Shown here piece after piece: positions 43,301-57,957 of a stretch of DNA of 64,000 nucleotides (position 1 is the stretch's first letter; each line of letters begins with the position of its first letter). The stretch lies in the NCBI RefSeq assembly GCF_009914755.1, contig NC_060932.1; one strand, given 5' to 3'. The notes beneath the pieces are model-generated. The model saw nothing but the letters and a program-made list of their open reading frames with translations, had not been told where the DNA came from and did no database searches. Origin of the DNA: the human T2T-CHM13v2.0 reference genome, Homo sapiens. Position numbers and translations under genes: made by a program.

Positions 43301-44140
43301 GAAATTAAACATCTTCTAAATACATGGACCAAAGAGGAAATCAAAAAGGAAATTAGAAAATATTTCAAACTGAGTAACAATGAAAATGCAATATATCAAA
43401 ATTTGTAGAATGCAGCTAAATGAATGCTTAGGGGGAAATTTACAGTTTGAAATACTTACATTAAAAAGAAGAAAGGTCTAAAATAAATAAACTACAGTTC
43501 CATCTTAAGAAGCTACAGAGCAAAGTAAACATAAACTAAGTAGTAGAAAGAAGCAATGAAACAGAAAGCAAACAATAAAGAGTCAAAATTGGTTCTTTGA
43601 AAAGATCAATAAAATTAATAAGACTCTAGCTATACTGATAGACAAAAAGAGAATAAGAATTACTCATATCAGGAATGAAAGAGGGGGCATCATTACAGAT
43701 CCCACAGATATTAAAAAGAAAAGAGTATTATGAAAAACGTTACACCCAAAATTCAACAACATAGGTGAAATGGACAAATTCCTTGAAAAATATAACCTAC
43801 CAAAACTAGCAGATTAAGCAAACAAAAATCTGACTAGCTCTAACAAAATTTATTTGTTACCAAAAAACTTTATATGTAAACACACACACACGCACACACA
43901 CACACCCCTTCCAAACCTAGATGGTTTCATTGATGAATTTTGTTAAAACATTTAAAGAAAAAACATCAATCCTACAAACTCAAAAGCTCTTCCAAAAAAT
44001 AGATGAGGAAATAATTTTCAACTCATTTAATGAGGACAGAACAACATTAAAAACAAAGCCTAACCAAGAAATTTACAAAGAAGAGAAAACCAGATGACTA
44101 TTCCTCATGAACACAGAACAAAAAGCCTTAATGGCATAAT
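40355..44140 (+). mobile_element. Old L1M (L1MD/ME-like): 5' region, ORF1 and N-terminal ORF2 remnants
   Basis: Endonuclease start ATATCAATAATTACATTCAATTTTAATGGACTAAAC (~42628; ISIITxNxNGLN), plus TGGTTCTTTGAAAAGATCAATAAAATT and GAAATGGACAAATTCCTTGAAA. Confidence 0.85.
41232..41555 (+). mobile_element. AluSg-like inside the L1, TSD AAAATTAGCTGG/AAAATTAACTGG
   Basis: Full dimer with a long A-rich tail. Confidence 0.93.
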
Positions 44141-45655
44141 AAATATTCTGCTTTCCGAAGTATAAGAGTTTATTCATAATAGTGGCAAAAATAACCAACA
44201 TCCAAACTTCTTTACATGTCCTCTTTCTTAGACATTTTCCAATGAAGGAAAAGTTGCTCTTAATAGGATTCCATGTGAAGAAATACATAGGATAGAAAAA
44301 TTATCTACAAGAATCCATGAGATAATATTTACATATAAATTTCTTTCCTTTAGATTTCACATTTTAAAGTCTTTGCTAAAGGTTAAATAAGATAAGACAG
44401 TTACTATAAACTGCTGATTTATGCTGTAGTAAGTCAAATGAAAATTGTTTGAAATGAGACTCTCCAATCTGTTCATGAGGAAGTAGAGTTTTAAGAAGTC
44501 AACAAAGCCTTTTCCTTTGACTCCGCATTTTAGTCAAAACTGATTGTTATAATAGGGGTTTGACTGCAAATATTTTACATTAAACAAGCCATTTTTATAT
44601 AAAAGTATTACATTCTTATACTCATAGTTGCATATGTTAAAAGGATGAGGATATTGAGTTTGTTTTTTATTAAAAGGAATTTTGAGGTAAAAATTAGAAA
44701 ATAACATCTAAAATACTTAATTTATTTGGTTTATTTTTCATTATAAAGATTATATAATTATAGAAAGTTAATGAGATTCAGAAAAGCGAAAAGAAACTTA
44801 AAAGCATCCACAGTTTATCAGAAATAAATGTTTTGACGTATTGTCCTTCAATCTTTTTCCTATAAAGATATATACACAAAACTGTATTCTGCCTTTTCCA
44901 CAAAGCATTAAATAATGAATATTTCCCACATCTTTAAATTTTTTAAGAAAATAATTTTATTTGTGAAAGTGTATTTAATGATATAGTCATTTCATTAATA
45001 GCCTATTATTAGATATTTGTTACTTTTCATACTTTCAAATAACATTAATTTGTACCTAAATTATTTTGCACTGCTCTGAAAATTCCTTAGAATAGATTCC
45101 TATAAGTGGCATTACTGAACCAAAGAGTGAGAAAGAGCAACAGCAAGAGAGAATATATGTAAGGGTGGTTTTTTTTTATTTCTGCAAAATTCATCGCAGA
45201 CAAAGTATGTCAAGTTACCCCCATCTCACTGCATTTTTATTTTTTTAATGTTACACTCATATTTTCATGTTTTCAGAATGCAGGCAAAATGTCATTAAGA
45301 CAAAATCCTTAAAAGAAAGTTCCAAGCAACAATTTCAAACTTATTTTAATTGACAACAAGATTCCAATACATAGAACAAAACAAGTCTGAATGTTCACTA
45401 TAAGATTTAACCTGTATATCTCCTCTTTATTATACTTCCCTTTAAAAATAACTTCTTTATAAAAAACCTTCAGTCCAATATTAACAAAAGCATCTAAAAT
45501 ACTTTTTAGGATAAACTATGCCTGATATATTTCTTTTTTAAATAAGTTATGCTACTGTCAAATTAAATTTGGCCTAAAGCTGCCTGAGTACACAGTGAAT
45601 TGTAAGCTGATACAGTATGTAAACCAACTGCAACCCACCTTAAGAATATATTCTT

Positions 45656-45938
45656 GGCCAGGCCTGGTGGCTCACGCCTGTAATCCCAGCACTCTGGGAG
45701 GCCAAGGCGGGTGGATCACAAGGTCAGGAGTTCCAGACCAGCCTGGCCAATATGGTGAAACCCCGTCTCTACTAAAAATACAAAAATTAGCTGGGCGTGG
45801 TGGCAGGCGCCTGTAGTCCCAGCTACTCAGGAGGCTGCGGCAGGTGAATCACTTGAACCTCAGAGGCAGAGCTTGCGGCAGTGAGCCCAGATCGCACCAC
45901 TGTACTCCAGCCTGGGCAACAGAGCAAGACTCTGTCTC

Positions 45939-45999
<61 letters not shown>
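45656..45999 (+). mobile_element. AluSg-like inside the 5' LTR with an A-tail plus (TA)n
   Basis: TSD-like ATATTCTT on both sides. Confidence 0.93.
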
Positions 46000-46005
<6 letters not shown>

Positions 46006-46499
46006 TCTTGCAACAAGTAGCTGAATCTTGGCCAATCACAGCAGCTGAGCTTTCAGCCAATTACAGGCTGCAAACTGCTCACACATGTCCAAACAAGACA
46101 GACACAAGCTATAGCAAAAAGTTATTTCTGTATATAATTTCCTTTTTCTATCTATAAATACTGTCTGCCCACATTGCTGGATGAAGCTCTCTGAACCTTT
46201 TAAGGTTCAGAGTGCTGCCCAATTCATGAGTTATTTCTTTGCCCAAATAAACTTTGTTATATTTAATCTGTCTAATGTTTTTCTTTTAGCAATTTGGCAT
46301 CAAAAGTGAGATCTGAAGTATACCTCCAGGAGCACCAAGTGTCCAAGCAAAGGGCCAGAGCCAATTGTGCACATTGATCCCTCTGATTTGAGCAGCATGA
46401 ATTTGAGTTTTGAGCTCACTGACTTTATTTGAGCATTTTTTACTAGATGGGATTCAGGATTGGATTGGATTGGATCCAGTTGGAGGACTCAGGTAGGTA

Positions 46500-46860
46500 C
46501 CTTTTCAAAGTGGTTTCCCCTAAATCTAAAGAGTCTGGGACTCCACCTTCTGGGACACTGGCTAACTTTATAGAGAAAAATTACAGGCCCAGAACCTGTG
46601 TATTTTTGGAAAAAAAAAATGTCCTTAATCTTACTAAGGACAACTTAGAATTACAGTGGCCACAATAGGGAAGTTTTAACCTAGATTAAATTGCTCACTT
46701 GTGAGGTGTATCAGAAAAGAAAGGATCCCAATGCCACAAAAGCAATGGGATGCATTCTTTAACTGGCAAGCAGAGGCATTTAAAAAATAAATCAAAGACG
46801 GCCTCTTCAAAAGCTTCTTTACAGAAGGCAAGTAAAAACATCTTAAAGTCTTTTTCACAA
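46500..46860 (+). pseudogene. ERV gag (matrix) remnant
   Basis: SGTPPSGTLANFIEKNY...NLTKDNLELQWPQ*GSFNL downstream of the PBS. Confidence 0.7.
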
Positions 46861-49479
46861 ATATCATTCAAAAGTTGTAGCTATCTGGGCAGGAAATATT
46901 CCACTGGCCAGAAAAACAATTTGGATCCATGTATTCTTTAATAAATTCATGAGTGTTGTATTATTGTATGTGGAACATGGCTAAAAGTTTTAAATGAAAG
47001 GTGTAAGATCTGTTTCTGTTTATATATGTCTGCATCTATGATGTATATCTATATATGTGTGATATTTTCTATTTCCTTATGATATTGCCAAATTAAAGTG
47101 TATAAGAATGCTATCTAATTGACTTAAAGAAAAATAAGCACTTAGATAAATGAAGTATTTGCTCAGAAAAATAGGAAATGACCCAAATGATTTTTGAAGC
47201 TCACACGACTTGGGTAATCTTTGGCAAATAAGAATATTATTGGTTTGATTAAAACAGACATATCTTCACAGTCATTAAAATTAACACAGATACATGACTT
47301 TTCCTACCTAGGTTTACTGGTGAAATAAACTTATGTTATCTCTACATTACAAAATTCATCAGCAAGAAAAGTAACTTAAGATGATGACTAGCTGTTTGAT
47401 GTCCCATCTTGCTAAGCAATCCAAGCATAATTATTAAAAACGAGTGAGTTAAATAGAGATAAAAGTCCCATGTGAACGATGTCTTCCCTATACCAGAAGG
47501 TTTTAACATTCTTATCATCAAGAATGGAAATTTAAGGCTGAGAAAAATGTGCACAAATAGGCCTAGCCAAAAATCCAAAGAAGATAGATAACATTTTGCT
47601 TCTTCTACAGTTTCTTATTACAGAGACTAAAGATACTTGGGGCCATTAGTAAACATGTTCTGTGCCACACTGACAAACTGTGCTATGAGAAAGTACACGC
47701 TTCCAGATATTATGATTCATAGATTTGCAAATCTTCACATGGCTGGTGTGACAAATAGTTCACAATTATTTGCTTCCTAGTGTCCTTTGGAAATTAAAGT
47801 CATTAAGAGTTCAGAATTCTAATTAATATATATACTAAAATTACTAGAAATAAGAGAAATAATTTTATATAAAGTATAAAAGAAAAGTAATACATGATTT
47901 TGGTAAGCAAAAGCTATAAAGTATGAGGCTGTTTTGTTTCATTAAGGGAAAAATGTAATTTTTGTTTGAAAGTAGAATGACTGGTCATCCCAAGATGAGA
48001 ACAGGAAAAGTATAAAACAAAATCTAAATGCAGAAGAAAGTTGTAGGTTTGCAAAGGACGAATCTTGTAAAAAGAATTTTATGTGTGACAAAGCCAGCTA
48101 AGATTAGAAGGGAATTATTTATCAGTTTTTCTAAAAACTGAGCATTAATACCAAAAGTATACTAATACAAAATTAGAATTTGGTTCCCTGTGTTAAAACA
48201 GTAAGAATTTCTTGGACTACTGGTCTACTTTTAATAGGAAATTGTGAAAAGTTTTTCTTTACCTTTTAGGTAATTGATCTAGGAAACAGATTCTGTGTTT
48301 TACCAAAGTAATTTCTTGTGGTCCATGTTGCTTTTATTGGGTGTTTGACCACTTAAGAAAACAAAATATTCTCTATTAAAATTTAGAGCTAAGTTTTCTC
48401 TACAACTATGTAGCTTTCTGTATTTACCTTTGAAGTCTAGTCTTGTAATTTTCACTTTTGTTAAATGAATGACTACTGTTCACAGTGACCTGTAACCCTA
48501 TTTTAATCACGGATTTTAAACATTTGATATTTTTAACACATTTCCCAAACTTAGATTCTTAATAAAGTTTTTTTTTTTGACCTCAACTTTGATTTTCCGG
48601 TCAAGCCCTTGAAACATCTCGTATATAAGCATTCAAAAGAATGCTTCTCCTTATATAAAAAGACAGATATTAAACTAACTGGGCTTATTTGACATATTAA
48701 ATTATATGAGAAGTATTGCCAAATAAGTAATGCTAAACTTTGAGTTTCATTTGTATGGATGTGTTTCAGAAACTGTATGAAATTCATAGCAATCTGATGG
48801 TTCTGGTATAATACAATCAGTCATCATTCTAGTTATTATATTCAAATGCTGTATGCAACAGAAATAATCAAATTTCCCTGTCAACTGTATCATCACTGTA
48901 ATGAACTCTCATCAGATATTTAATCATGGCCATTGTAAGTTTTATCATTCATATTTGGTTATTTACTCTTGTACTTTCCTGAGCAACTATAAGCCTAAAG
49001 GGTTACATCTTCAAGGAGATTCATGTAAAGAACTCTGAGAAGTACAAGTTTCTGATAACTTTAAGATCATACCATTGGACTGAGTCCAAGAACTCTAAGG
49101 AAGAAACTCATTGGTTCATAAAACTGCTAACCCAACATAAAGCAGAACAAGAATTAATTAAATACTAAGGAAATGCCTTGGCAGATTTTCACAGTAGTTC
49201 AGCCAGTACTGAAATTGTTAAGATATGCAATTTGAACGAACTCTATGAGATTAATCCAAGTCAAATTATCTATGATAACCTATATAATAAACAAGTGCTA
49301 TGCACCTGAATTAGATAAATAAAATTGTTATTTAAAAGGATATAAATCCAATGTTAAGCATGGGCTCATGGAAAGCCTGGACAGCTGCCTGGTCATTCCT
49401 GACTCCTGAAAACTTCCATTATTAAAAGCTCTGCACTCCAAGACTCATCACAGAAGAGATAAAATGATCCAAATTACAG

Positions 49480-50340
49480 GGAAAAATTGTTCGAGTGACT
49501 GTTCTAAGATTGCTAAAGTGGTTTATAACTAATGTTTGGTTTGGCAAACCCATAATTCTGGTAAGATAATAAAAAACCTCAGGTAATACATTTCTAGCAC
49601 CTAATGAATCATTTGACCACTTACAGATGAATTTCATTCAATTACCACATTTAACATAGGTTTTATGATTATATAGAAGCTTTCTGATTGCACATAAGGC
49701 CGATGCTGTAAGAGCAATTAAAAGGTTATTAGAAAATATGTTTCTTTTATAGGGTATTTCTGGAGAAATCTCCAGTGATAAAGTTACTCATTTCAATGGA
49801 CAAATTGTAAAACAATTAAATAAGGTATTACAAACACAATGGCATTAAACAAAGCTCACTTCAATGGACAAGTTGTAAAACAAATAAGGTACTACAAACA
49901 CAATGGCATTAAACAAAGCTAACTGAATTGACTTGATGGCCTTGGTCAAAGGTATTACCAATTGATGGCAATCAGATCCACTCCACTAGAAAACATAGAT
50001 TGACCCCTTATATAACAGTTACTGGAAGTCCTATGTCCCTGATAATAGAACCTCATGTATCTACCACTCTTATAAACTCTGACTTGATTCAGTATTGAGA
50101 GGTTTAAATGCAAGATGCCAAAGTATATTATCATCAGGTAAAAGAAGCCCTTCATGACCCACCAACTGATGACAATCAGACCTTTCACTATCTAGAACCA
50201 GGAGTTTAGGTCTTTTGAAAAAGACCTAGAATGACTGCCCTTGAATTCTGTTGGAAAAAACAATACCAACATGTTCTCTGCAGTAAAATTTCAGGACCTC
50301 GAGTCTTTGATCCACATCTCTTAACTCAAGAGGGCCTCTC
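49480..50340 (+). pseudogene. ERV integrase remnant
   Basis: FDHLQMNFIQLP; GEISSDKVTHFNGQIVKQL; STPLEKHRLTPY. Confidence 0.8.
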
Positions 50341-50479
50341 TAGACTCTTCAGACTGTATACCAATCAGAGACCTCAAGGTAAGGCTGACCAGGAAAGCTA
50401 TTTATTTTACCCAGAAGCAGATGGCATCCTGGATGTGAACAGCTTTCCCAAGATTACAAATCAAGACTTCTCTGTCACT

Positions 50480-51620
50480 ATGAAACCTGTGCCTCTTTTC
50501 CTCTTTGGCCTGTGTTCCTTTTCTGTTTATATATGGCAAGATAATGTGATAATTAAGATTTCATAACCAACATCTTCTGCAATTGAATGTTAGATATGTC
50601 ATGTTACTAACAGTAGGCAAAACCTATAGTGAGGGTTTTGCAGTTAAATTACGCCAGAAATTGTATAAGAAAACCAGAGGAAGACGATTTGACAGTTTAT
50701 AGGCAAATGTGTAACCCTAATTCCTTGTCAGTAGCCTCCAACCTTGCAATGATTCCAATAATGGAGCCTTAGACAAATATTGCTAGTGCTTCTCTAATAG
50801 TGGCCTCTAATGTACAAAGCATTTCATAAGGAACTGCCTGTTGTGCACCTCCAAGATACATTTTTATCTGTGGAGGATTTTATGATCAACCACATATGTG
50901 GGTAACTCCATGTATCAATAAGTGGAAAATAAGGAACCAATGTGGTTTAGGGATTCTAATGGTATCACTGTCACTCCATAACCAACTGGAAAATGAACAT
51001 TGGTCTATACCTCTTAATTTGCACTATAAAATAAAGGGGAATTTGCCAGCAGGTGTAAATCACTCTAAATAGGCATTTTTATTTTTATTTTTTCTGGTAA
51101 AATACTCCTTCCCTGGCTTGGCATAAATGTAAATGAGGTTATGATTAGAAATTTGTCTCAAACATTAGCTACTACAGCTGACTCTACTGCAAAGGCTATA
51201 GCTGCCCAGCAAACTTCTTCAAATTCTCTTGCTAAAACTGTTTCAGACAGCATCATTCCTTTGGACTCTGCTGTCTGAACAAAGAAGACTGCATGCAATA
51301 GCTAACACCTCCTGCTGCACTTGCATAAATATATCTGGTATGATAGAAAGTCAGTTGCCAGAAATCATTAAGTAAGCTACTTTGTTAAAACAAGTAGATT
51401 CTTCTTTTGGCTCATTTTTGATATATTTGATTTTGATTGGTTCAATTGACAGGAGCTCCTGTTAAGAAGTATACTTCAGTCTCTTAGTATTATCCTCCTG
51501 ATAGCCATAATAGTCTCCCTGGTACACCATATCCTCTCTAGAGTATTAAGTGCTCATGTATAGCCATACAATATATATCAAATGGCCTCGCTATGGTTAG
51601 AACAATAAAAACATGAAGAG
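50480..51620 (+). pseudogene. ERV env remnant (gamma-type)
   Basis: EC*ICH (CWIC-like), CAPPRYIFICG, MIRNLSQTLATTADSTAKAIAAQQTS, AIANTSCCTCIN (ISD/CX6CC region), hydrophobic TM-like segment before the PPT. Confidence 0.8.
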
Positions 51621-52404
51621 AACATAAACGTTCAGCTTACCTGACATTAACAATTGTGAATTCCATAGAGACCAAGCAAGTCTGTTATGATGGTGAGTGA
51701 CAAAGAATGGTGTCAATGCCCAAAATTTTGGTCAATCTCTCAAAATTGAGAGACTGATCAAAAGGGGGAAATTGTTAAATTAAATTTGGCCTAGAGCTGC
51801 CTCCATATGTAGCAAACTGCAATCTAATTTCATATGTAAACACACTGCAACCTACCTCAAAGTATATTCTTGTAACAAGTAGCTGAGCTTTGGCCAATCA
51901 TAGGAGCTGACCTTTCAGCCAATGACAGGCTGCAAACTGCTCAGACATGTCCAAATAAGGAAAACACCAACTTGTAAACAAAAGGCTGTTTCTGTATAGC
52001 ACTTCTATCTGTCTATAAATACTGCCTGCCCATGTGTTGCTGGGAGGAACTCTCTAAACCTGTGCTGGTTTGTCACCAGTAAGCATTCAGAGAGCTGCCC
52101 AACACGTGAGTTGTCTCTTTGTTCAAATGAATCCTGCTAACTTTAATTTTTCTAAAGATTATCTTTTAACACTACTAAGAGATACATCCTAAATTGAAAA
52201 GCAATAGATTTTAGTAAAAGAAATGTGCAACACCTATAGTTTCTACATTTTAGCCTCCATCATAAAATTACAAAACATGTTTACAACAATGGTGATGCTG
52301 TAACACAGAAACAGGGCTAATGGCATATAGAGTGAGCTCTATTATTTAATAGAAACTATAATTTGTCATTTTCATGTTGAATGTTCCATTAAATTTAACA
52401 TTAC

Positions 52405-53095
<691 letters not shown>

Positions 53096-54149
53096 CACAC
53101 TTTACAAGGTGTGTAAATCCATACTTGAAATAAAAGAAAATCTGAAAAAGAAAGAGTCTTATTTCCTAGTCTATTTTTTTTATTATGCTTTCATGGAAAT
53201 AATGACTCTTAACGTGATATTTCAGCCTATTATCATGGATGTAAAAAGCAATATAAAAATCACAAATGAAGGTAAAAATCCAAATTATTTATAATAAACT
53301 TAATAAGAAAAGTACCAAAGCAGCTTCACCCTGAGATGACAGAAAAGGAACAGCTTAATGCATATACTATTCCTTTATTACAAATAACTCAGTATTCTTT
53401 AAGTGTCTAATTATGCAGTTGCTGACCTTTGACCACCTAATATTTATTCCAAACTCACCCTAATATCTTTCCCACAAAAGTGCAGGAAGTAGACATGACA
53501 ACACAAATCACAGTCTGGCCTAATTAGAAAATTTATGAAAATAATAGATATTAAACTAGTGAGTTTCAGCAACAATTTGGGGACCAAGGGTCTCAGTTAC
53601 CCACAATTCTGAACATTATGAATAACTGCTTAGTCCTTTAATAGAACCAAAAGTTCAAATGAGTAAGGTAAAATTTACAATAAATATACAACATATTAAA
53701 GAATACAAACTTAAAATGCAAACCATGTTATAAGTAAAATAATTTAAGCAAATCAAATGCCAAAAAGTCTAACGTGCACCAAAAGTGGTTTATAAAGCAA
53801 CACAGCAGTGTTTTTTTTAAAAAGAAACAAATTAATATGGCCAAGTTATATACTTACAAAACCTGACATTCAAAATTGAAAAATGAATGTTAAGCTTTCT
53901 AAAGTTAAGCTCTTTAGAAACAGCAGAGCTTAACTTTTAATTTAGTAGATTTTAATTAACCTGTCTTTTTAAACAGAAATTTTAATTGTAAAAGGACTTT
54001 TTAATTATTTCTAAATATATATGTCTTACGTAAAACCCATAAAGGCATTTGAGCGTAATCTTGTAATTTTATTTAGCATTTAAAAGTAATTACTGCAACA
54101 TATACCTTATGTAGGAAAGAAATTTCTACTTATATCTTATAAAAACTAA

Positions 54150-54360
54150 CATTGTAATGGAAATTGGAGACTTAGAATGGAAGAGGCAAGAGAAAGGCAA
54201 GGGACAAAAAACTACCTATTGGGCACAACGTACACTATTCAGGTGATGGGTACACCAAAAGCCCAGACCTCATCACTATACAATTCATCCAGGTAACTAC
54301 AAACTACTTGTACCCCTAAAACTATTGATTTTTTAATTAAATAAATAAGTAAATAAAAGA
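54150..54360 (+). mobile_element. L1MA 3' fragment
   Basis: AAACTACCTATTGGGCACAACGTACACTATTCAGGTGATGGGTACACCAAAAGCCCAGAC. Confidence 0.8.
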
Positions 54361-54627
54361 ACTAAAACTGTCACATTGTTAACCTTCCAGGGAACTTACC
54401 AAGCAACCTGGGACTTCACTGCAACCTGTTACCTAGAAGCAACTAATGAATTCCAGACTGGTTGAGACCAGTGGTATAACAGCTGAGGACAGGAGTTGGC
54501 CAGAAGCAATCACAAAGTAAACTATAGTATTCAATTAATCATCACCTTTATCAACCATATTAATGTACCATCCCTATTAACTATTTAACTCTGACTTAAA
54601 TAATAGTAAATACTAGAGGTACAATAA

Positions 54628-54988
<361 letters not shown>

Positions 54989-55565
54989 AATAATTTATTT
55001 TTCTTATTGCATTTCATGGTAGTTTTTTTTTTAAGGATAATCAGATATACTACTGACCTGTAGTTTCACACATATAACTTGTGTGCTTCAACAACTATAT
55101 ATACTTCTAAACACAGAAAATTATATTCCTTCCCTTCTTTTATGCCTATGGAAGATAAAGAAAATAATTACTATATACAATGATATTCCTTTTTTAAAGG
55201 CTAAGATATTAAAACAATAGTACAACTTAAAAAAAAATCTTGTTGCTTTTACTTATTAGATATAGAGATGGTACTATATAATTTTTAGTTTAAAAAATCA
55301 TATAGCTATGGATAATACTGTAGAGAAAAAGCCTAAGGCAAGCTAGAATAAAATAATTTATCTTGGAACATCATAAATGGTAGATCTGTGAGTAGGGCTA
55401 CACAGATTCATAAAAGTTATTCATTTTAAAATAAAATTGTTTCGTATCCAGGAAGCAGCAGAGGTTTTTCGGTGTATGATATATTACCTTCTTTTTCAAT
55501 CATGCCCCAAATAAGAATTCTTTCACAGAATGTTGAAGCTGAAAGAATTCTTAGAGACCATTTGC

Positions 55566-55750
55566 CAGTAGTTCTCAATATGAAGTGGTCCCTCCCCACT
55601 AGAAGAGGTTTGGATATGCAGGGTCGTCTGGGATATGATAATGACTGGGAAATGCTACCACCAGCATTAAGGAATCTAAACTTCCTACAATGCACAACAG
55701 AGTACTTCATAACAAAGAATTATCCAGCCCAAATACCAGAAGCACACTCA
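55566..55750. mobile_element. MER20-like hAT fragment, followed by a MIR fragment (~55765-55860)
   Basis: CAGTAGTTCTCAA...CCTACAATGCACAACAGAG...AACAAAGAATTATCCAGCCCAAAT. Confidence 0.6.
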
Positions 55751-56862
55751 CTGTGAAATACTGACTTCATTCTCCACTTTGAAGATGTAGCCACTTAGGC
55801 CCACAGATGTTAAGTGACTTACTCAAAGACACACAGCTAGGTCCAGAACTCAGATTCTCATTTTCCCATTCTACTTCTCATTCAGTTAATAAATTCTCAA
55901 TAGAAAAATATGGAAGAACCAAGAATCAATTGTATGTGCATATATAAAACATTGTCAAAACACTGGTTATTCATTAGTATTTGAAATTGAAATAAAACTG
56001 CAATTAGCTAAAATACTAATATCCTTTTCAAATTGCTTTTTTTCCCCTCATAAAATGTAATTCCCCTTCAGATACATTTTTTTTTAAAAAAAAATTGAAG
56101 TTAAAATAAAGAGGAGAAAATCAAATGATACATCATAGTTACCAAATAAAATGTTTTTTGAATGGAGGTATTAGCTGGTTTCTGCTGGATGGTTTCAGAA
56201 CAACTGGAAACTATTACATGGTTCCAAAACAACTGGATACCCTATAGCCTGAGGCTAATCCACTGCTAACACTGAAGAAATGTATTAGAGTGAAAAACAG
56301 CACCGAACTAAAAACCCAAAAGACCTAACACAAATACCTACTCTGATATATAATTAGTCACTAAATCTTCAGCAGGTTACAAGCCCTCTGGGTCTTAGTT
56401 TTATGTTACAAAAAATGAGTTCAGGTCTTCATGATCCTTTCAAGAGATGTACCACCTAAACATTCATAAAGAAGCATACTACTCTAAGTAGGGATATAAC
56501 CAAACACTGAGTCTCAAAAGGCAAGAGCACTGACAGGCAAGTCCTACTATCAGTTATCATTCAGCAGCTCCTGATCTCCTAGTGATATTGTGTGCCATTA
56601 TCTATAAGAATAAGTATCTTATTCTTAATAGAATAAAATTTGAATTTTATTTGAATAAATTTGAATAAGTATCAAATAAGTATTTGAGGGCTAATTAAAA
56701 TATCTTCAGAATATTTCAAAATTAACACTTTATTCTTCAAAATACATTTGCATTAAATGTTTAACTTCTACATGCAAACTAAGATTTAAAATTTTTAATA
56801 TTGGAGCTGGCAAAGTAAGAGTATACTGGGGTATTTTTGCAGACAATGTACTAATACATCAG

Positions 56863-57199
56863 TGTGTGTGTGTGTGTGTGTGTGTGTGCATGTGTGTAAA
56901 AACACTATGCCCCTATATTTCTCTAAAGTTCTTACAGCTTAGTTTTTGCTATTTTTGCCTGACATTATACATACAGTCTGAGTTTTATTTAACTCTTATC
57001 CCTACAAAATTTCAATTGGTCCACAAAATATTTCAGACTCCCTTTCATACACTGTGTTATACTTCTTAGGCAAAGTATCTAAATCAAATAGTAATCAGAA
57101 ACAAATAAAACAGGGACAGAGAGATATTTGTTTTAATCTTTCTCTCTCTCTCTCACCACTCCCTCTTTCATAACATACCCCTACACTCTCTCTCTTTCC

Positions 57200-57238
<39 letters not shown>
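56863..57238. repeat. (TG)n at 56863-56897; (CT)n/(CA)n at 57140-57238
   Basis: Seen directly. Confidence 0.9.
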
Positions 57239-57239
<1 letters not shown>

Positions 57240-57957
57240 TCTACCATCACCGTAGCATGTAACCTGAGTTAGATATCAAGCTGAATGGTGGATGAATCTA
57301 AAAAACTTTCATGAATGACCTTAGTATGAACTTATTTAAGGCTGTCAAACTATTCAAAAATATATTTTTAAAATACTGAACATTTCCTGAAGTTTAGTCA
57401 TTGTACTTAAATACAGTCTCTCTTCGCAATATTCTGAAGGTTCCACTGTGTGTGGCCCTTTTTACCTACTCATTTGTCCTAAAGAAATTCATAGACTTTG
57501 CTGCTTCTTATGTTTCACTTGCTATGGTTATTTCAACAATTTTTAAATATTCTATTTAAATATAATTAAATATAAATATTTTGCCTTTTCTTAAAGTTAT
57601 AAAATTTAATCCTTCAGTTAGTTGAGCATGCAGTTATTGTTCCATCATACAGACAGTCAAAAACACTAACGCAAAAACAGAAAAATTAGGCAGTCTATTT
57701 CAAACAAGCAAGAAGTTCCATCAAATAGATGCTTCACTACTTGCAATCAACACTGTAAGACTGTACTATACCAAAGCTATCAGGGGTCTCTGCTGAGGAT
57801 ACTTCCTTCGCAAGCTTCACAATGGCAATCTCAGGTTTGGGATATCTGCATGCTAAAAGATATTTTAAAATCAAAATATATGCATGCAACAAAATAAATA
57901 ATATATATATAAACTTTAAAATATATATAAAACTTAGAAGTGCCACATGCTAGTATA

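Larger units (their letters stand above)
45556..52171 (+). mobile_element. ERV1 provirus, MER57-like, with both LTRs (5' 45556-46291, 3' 51773-52171)
   Basis: TG...CA LTRs share AAATTAAATTTGGCCTA.AGCTGCCT; TSD CTAC (45552-45555 and 52172-52175); PBS TGGCATCAAAAGTGAGAT at 46295-46312 (tRNA-Leu-like); PPT AAAAGGGGGAAA at 51760-51771. Confidence 0.9.

Noticed and set aside
50231-51620. Possible co-opted env (syncytin-like) gene
   Set aside because: Stop in the CWIC motif, frameshifts, and degenerate furin and CX6CC motifs; no long ORF
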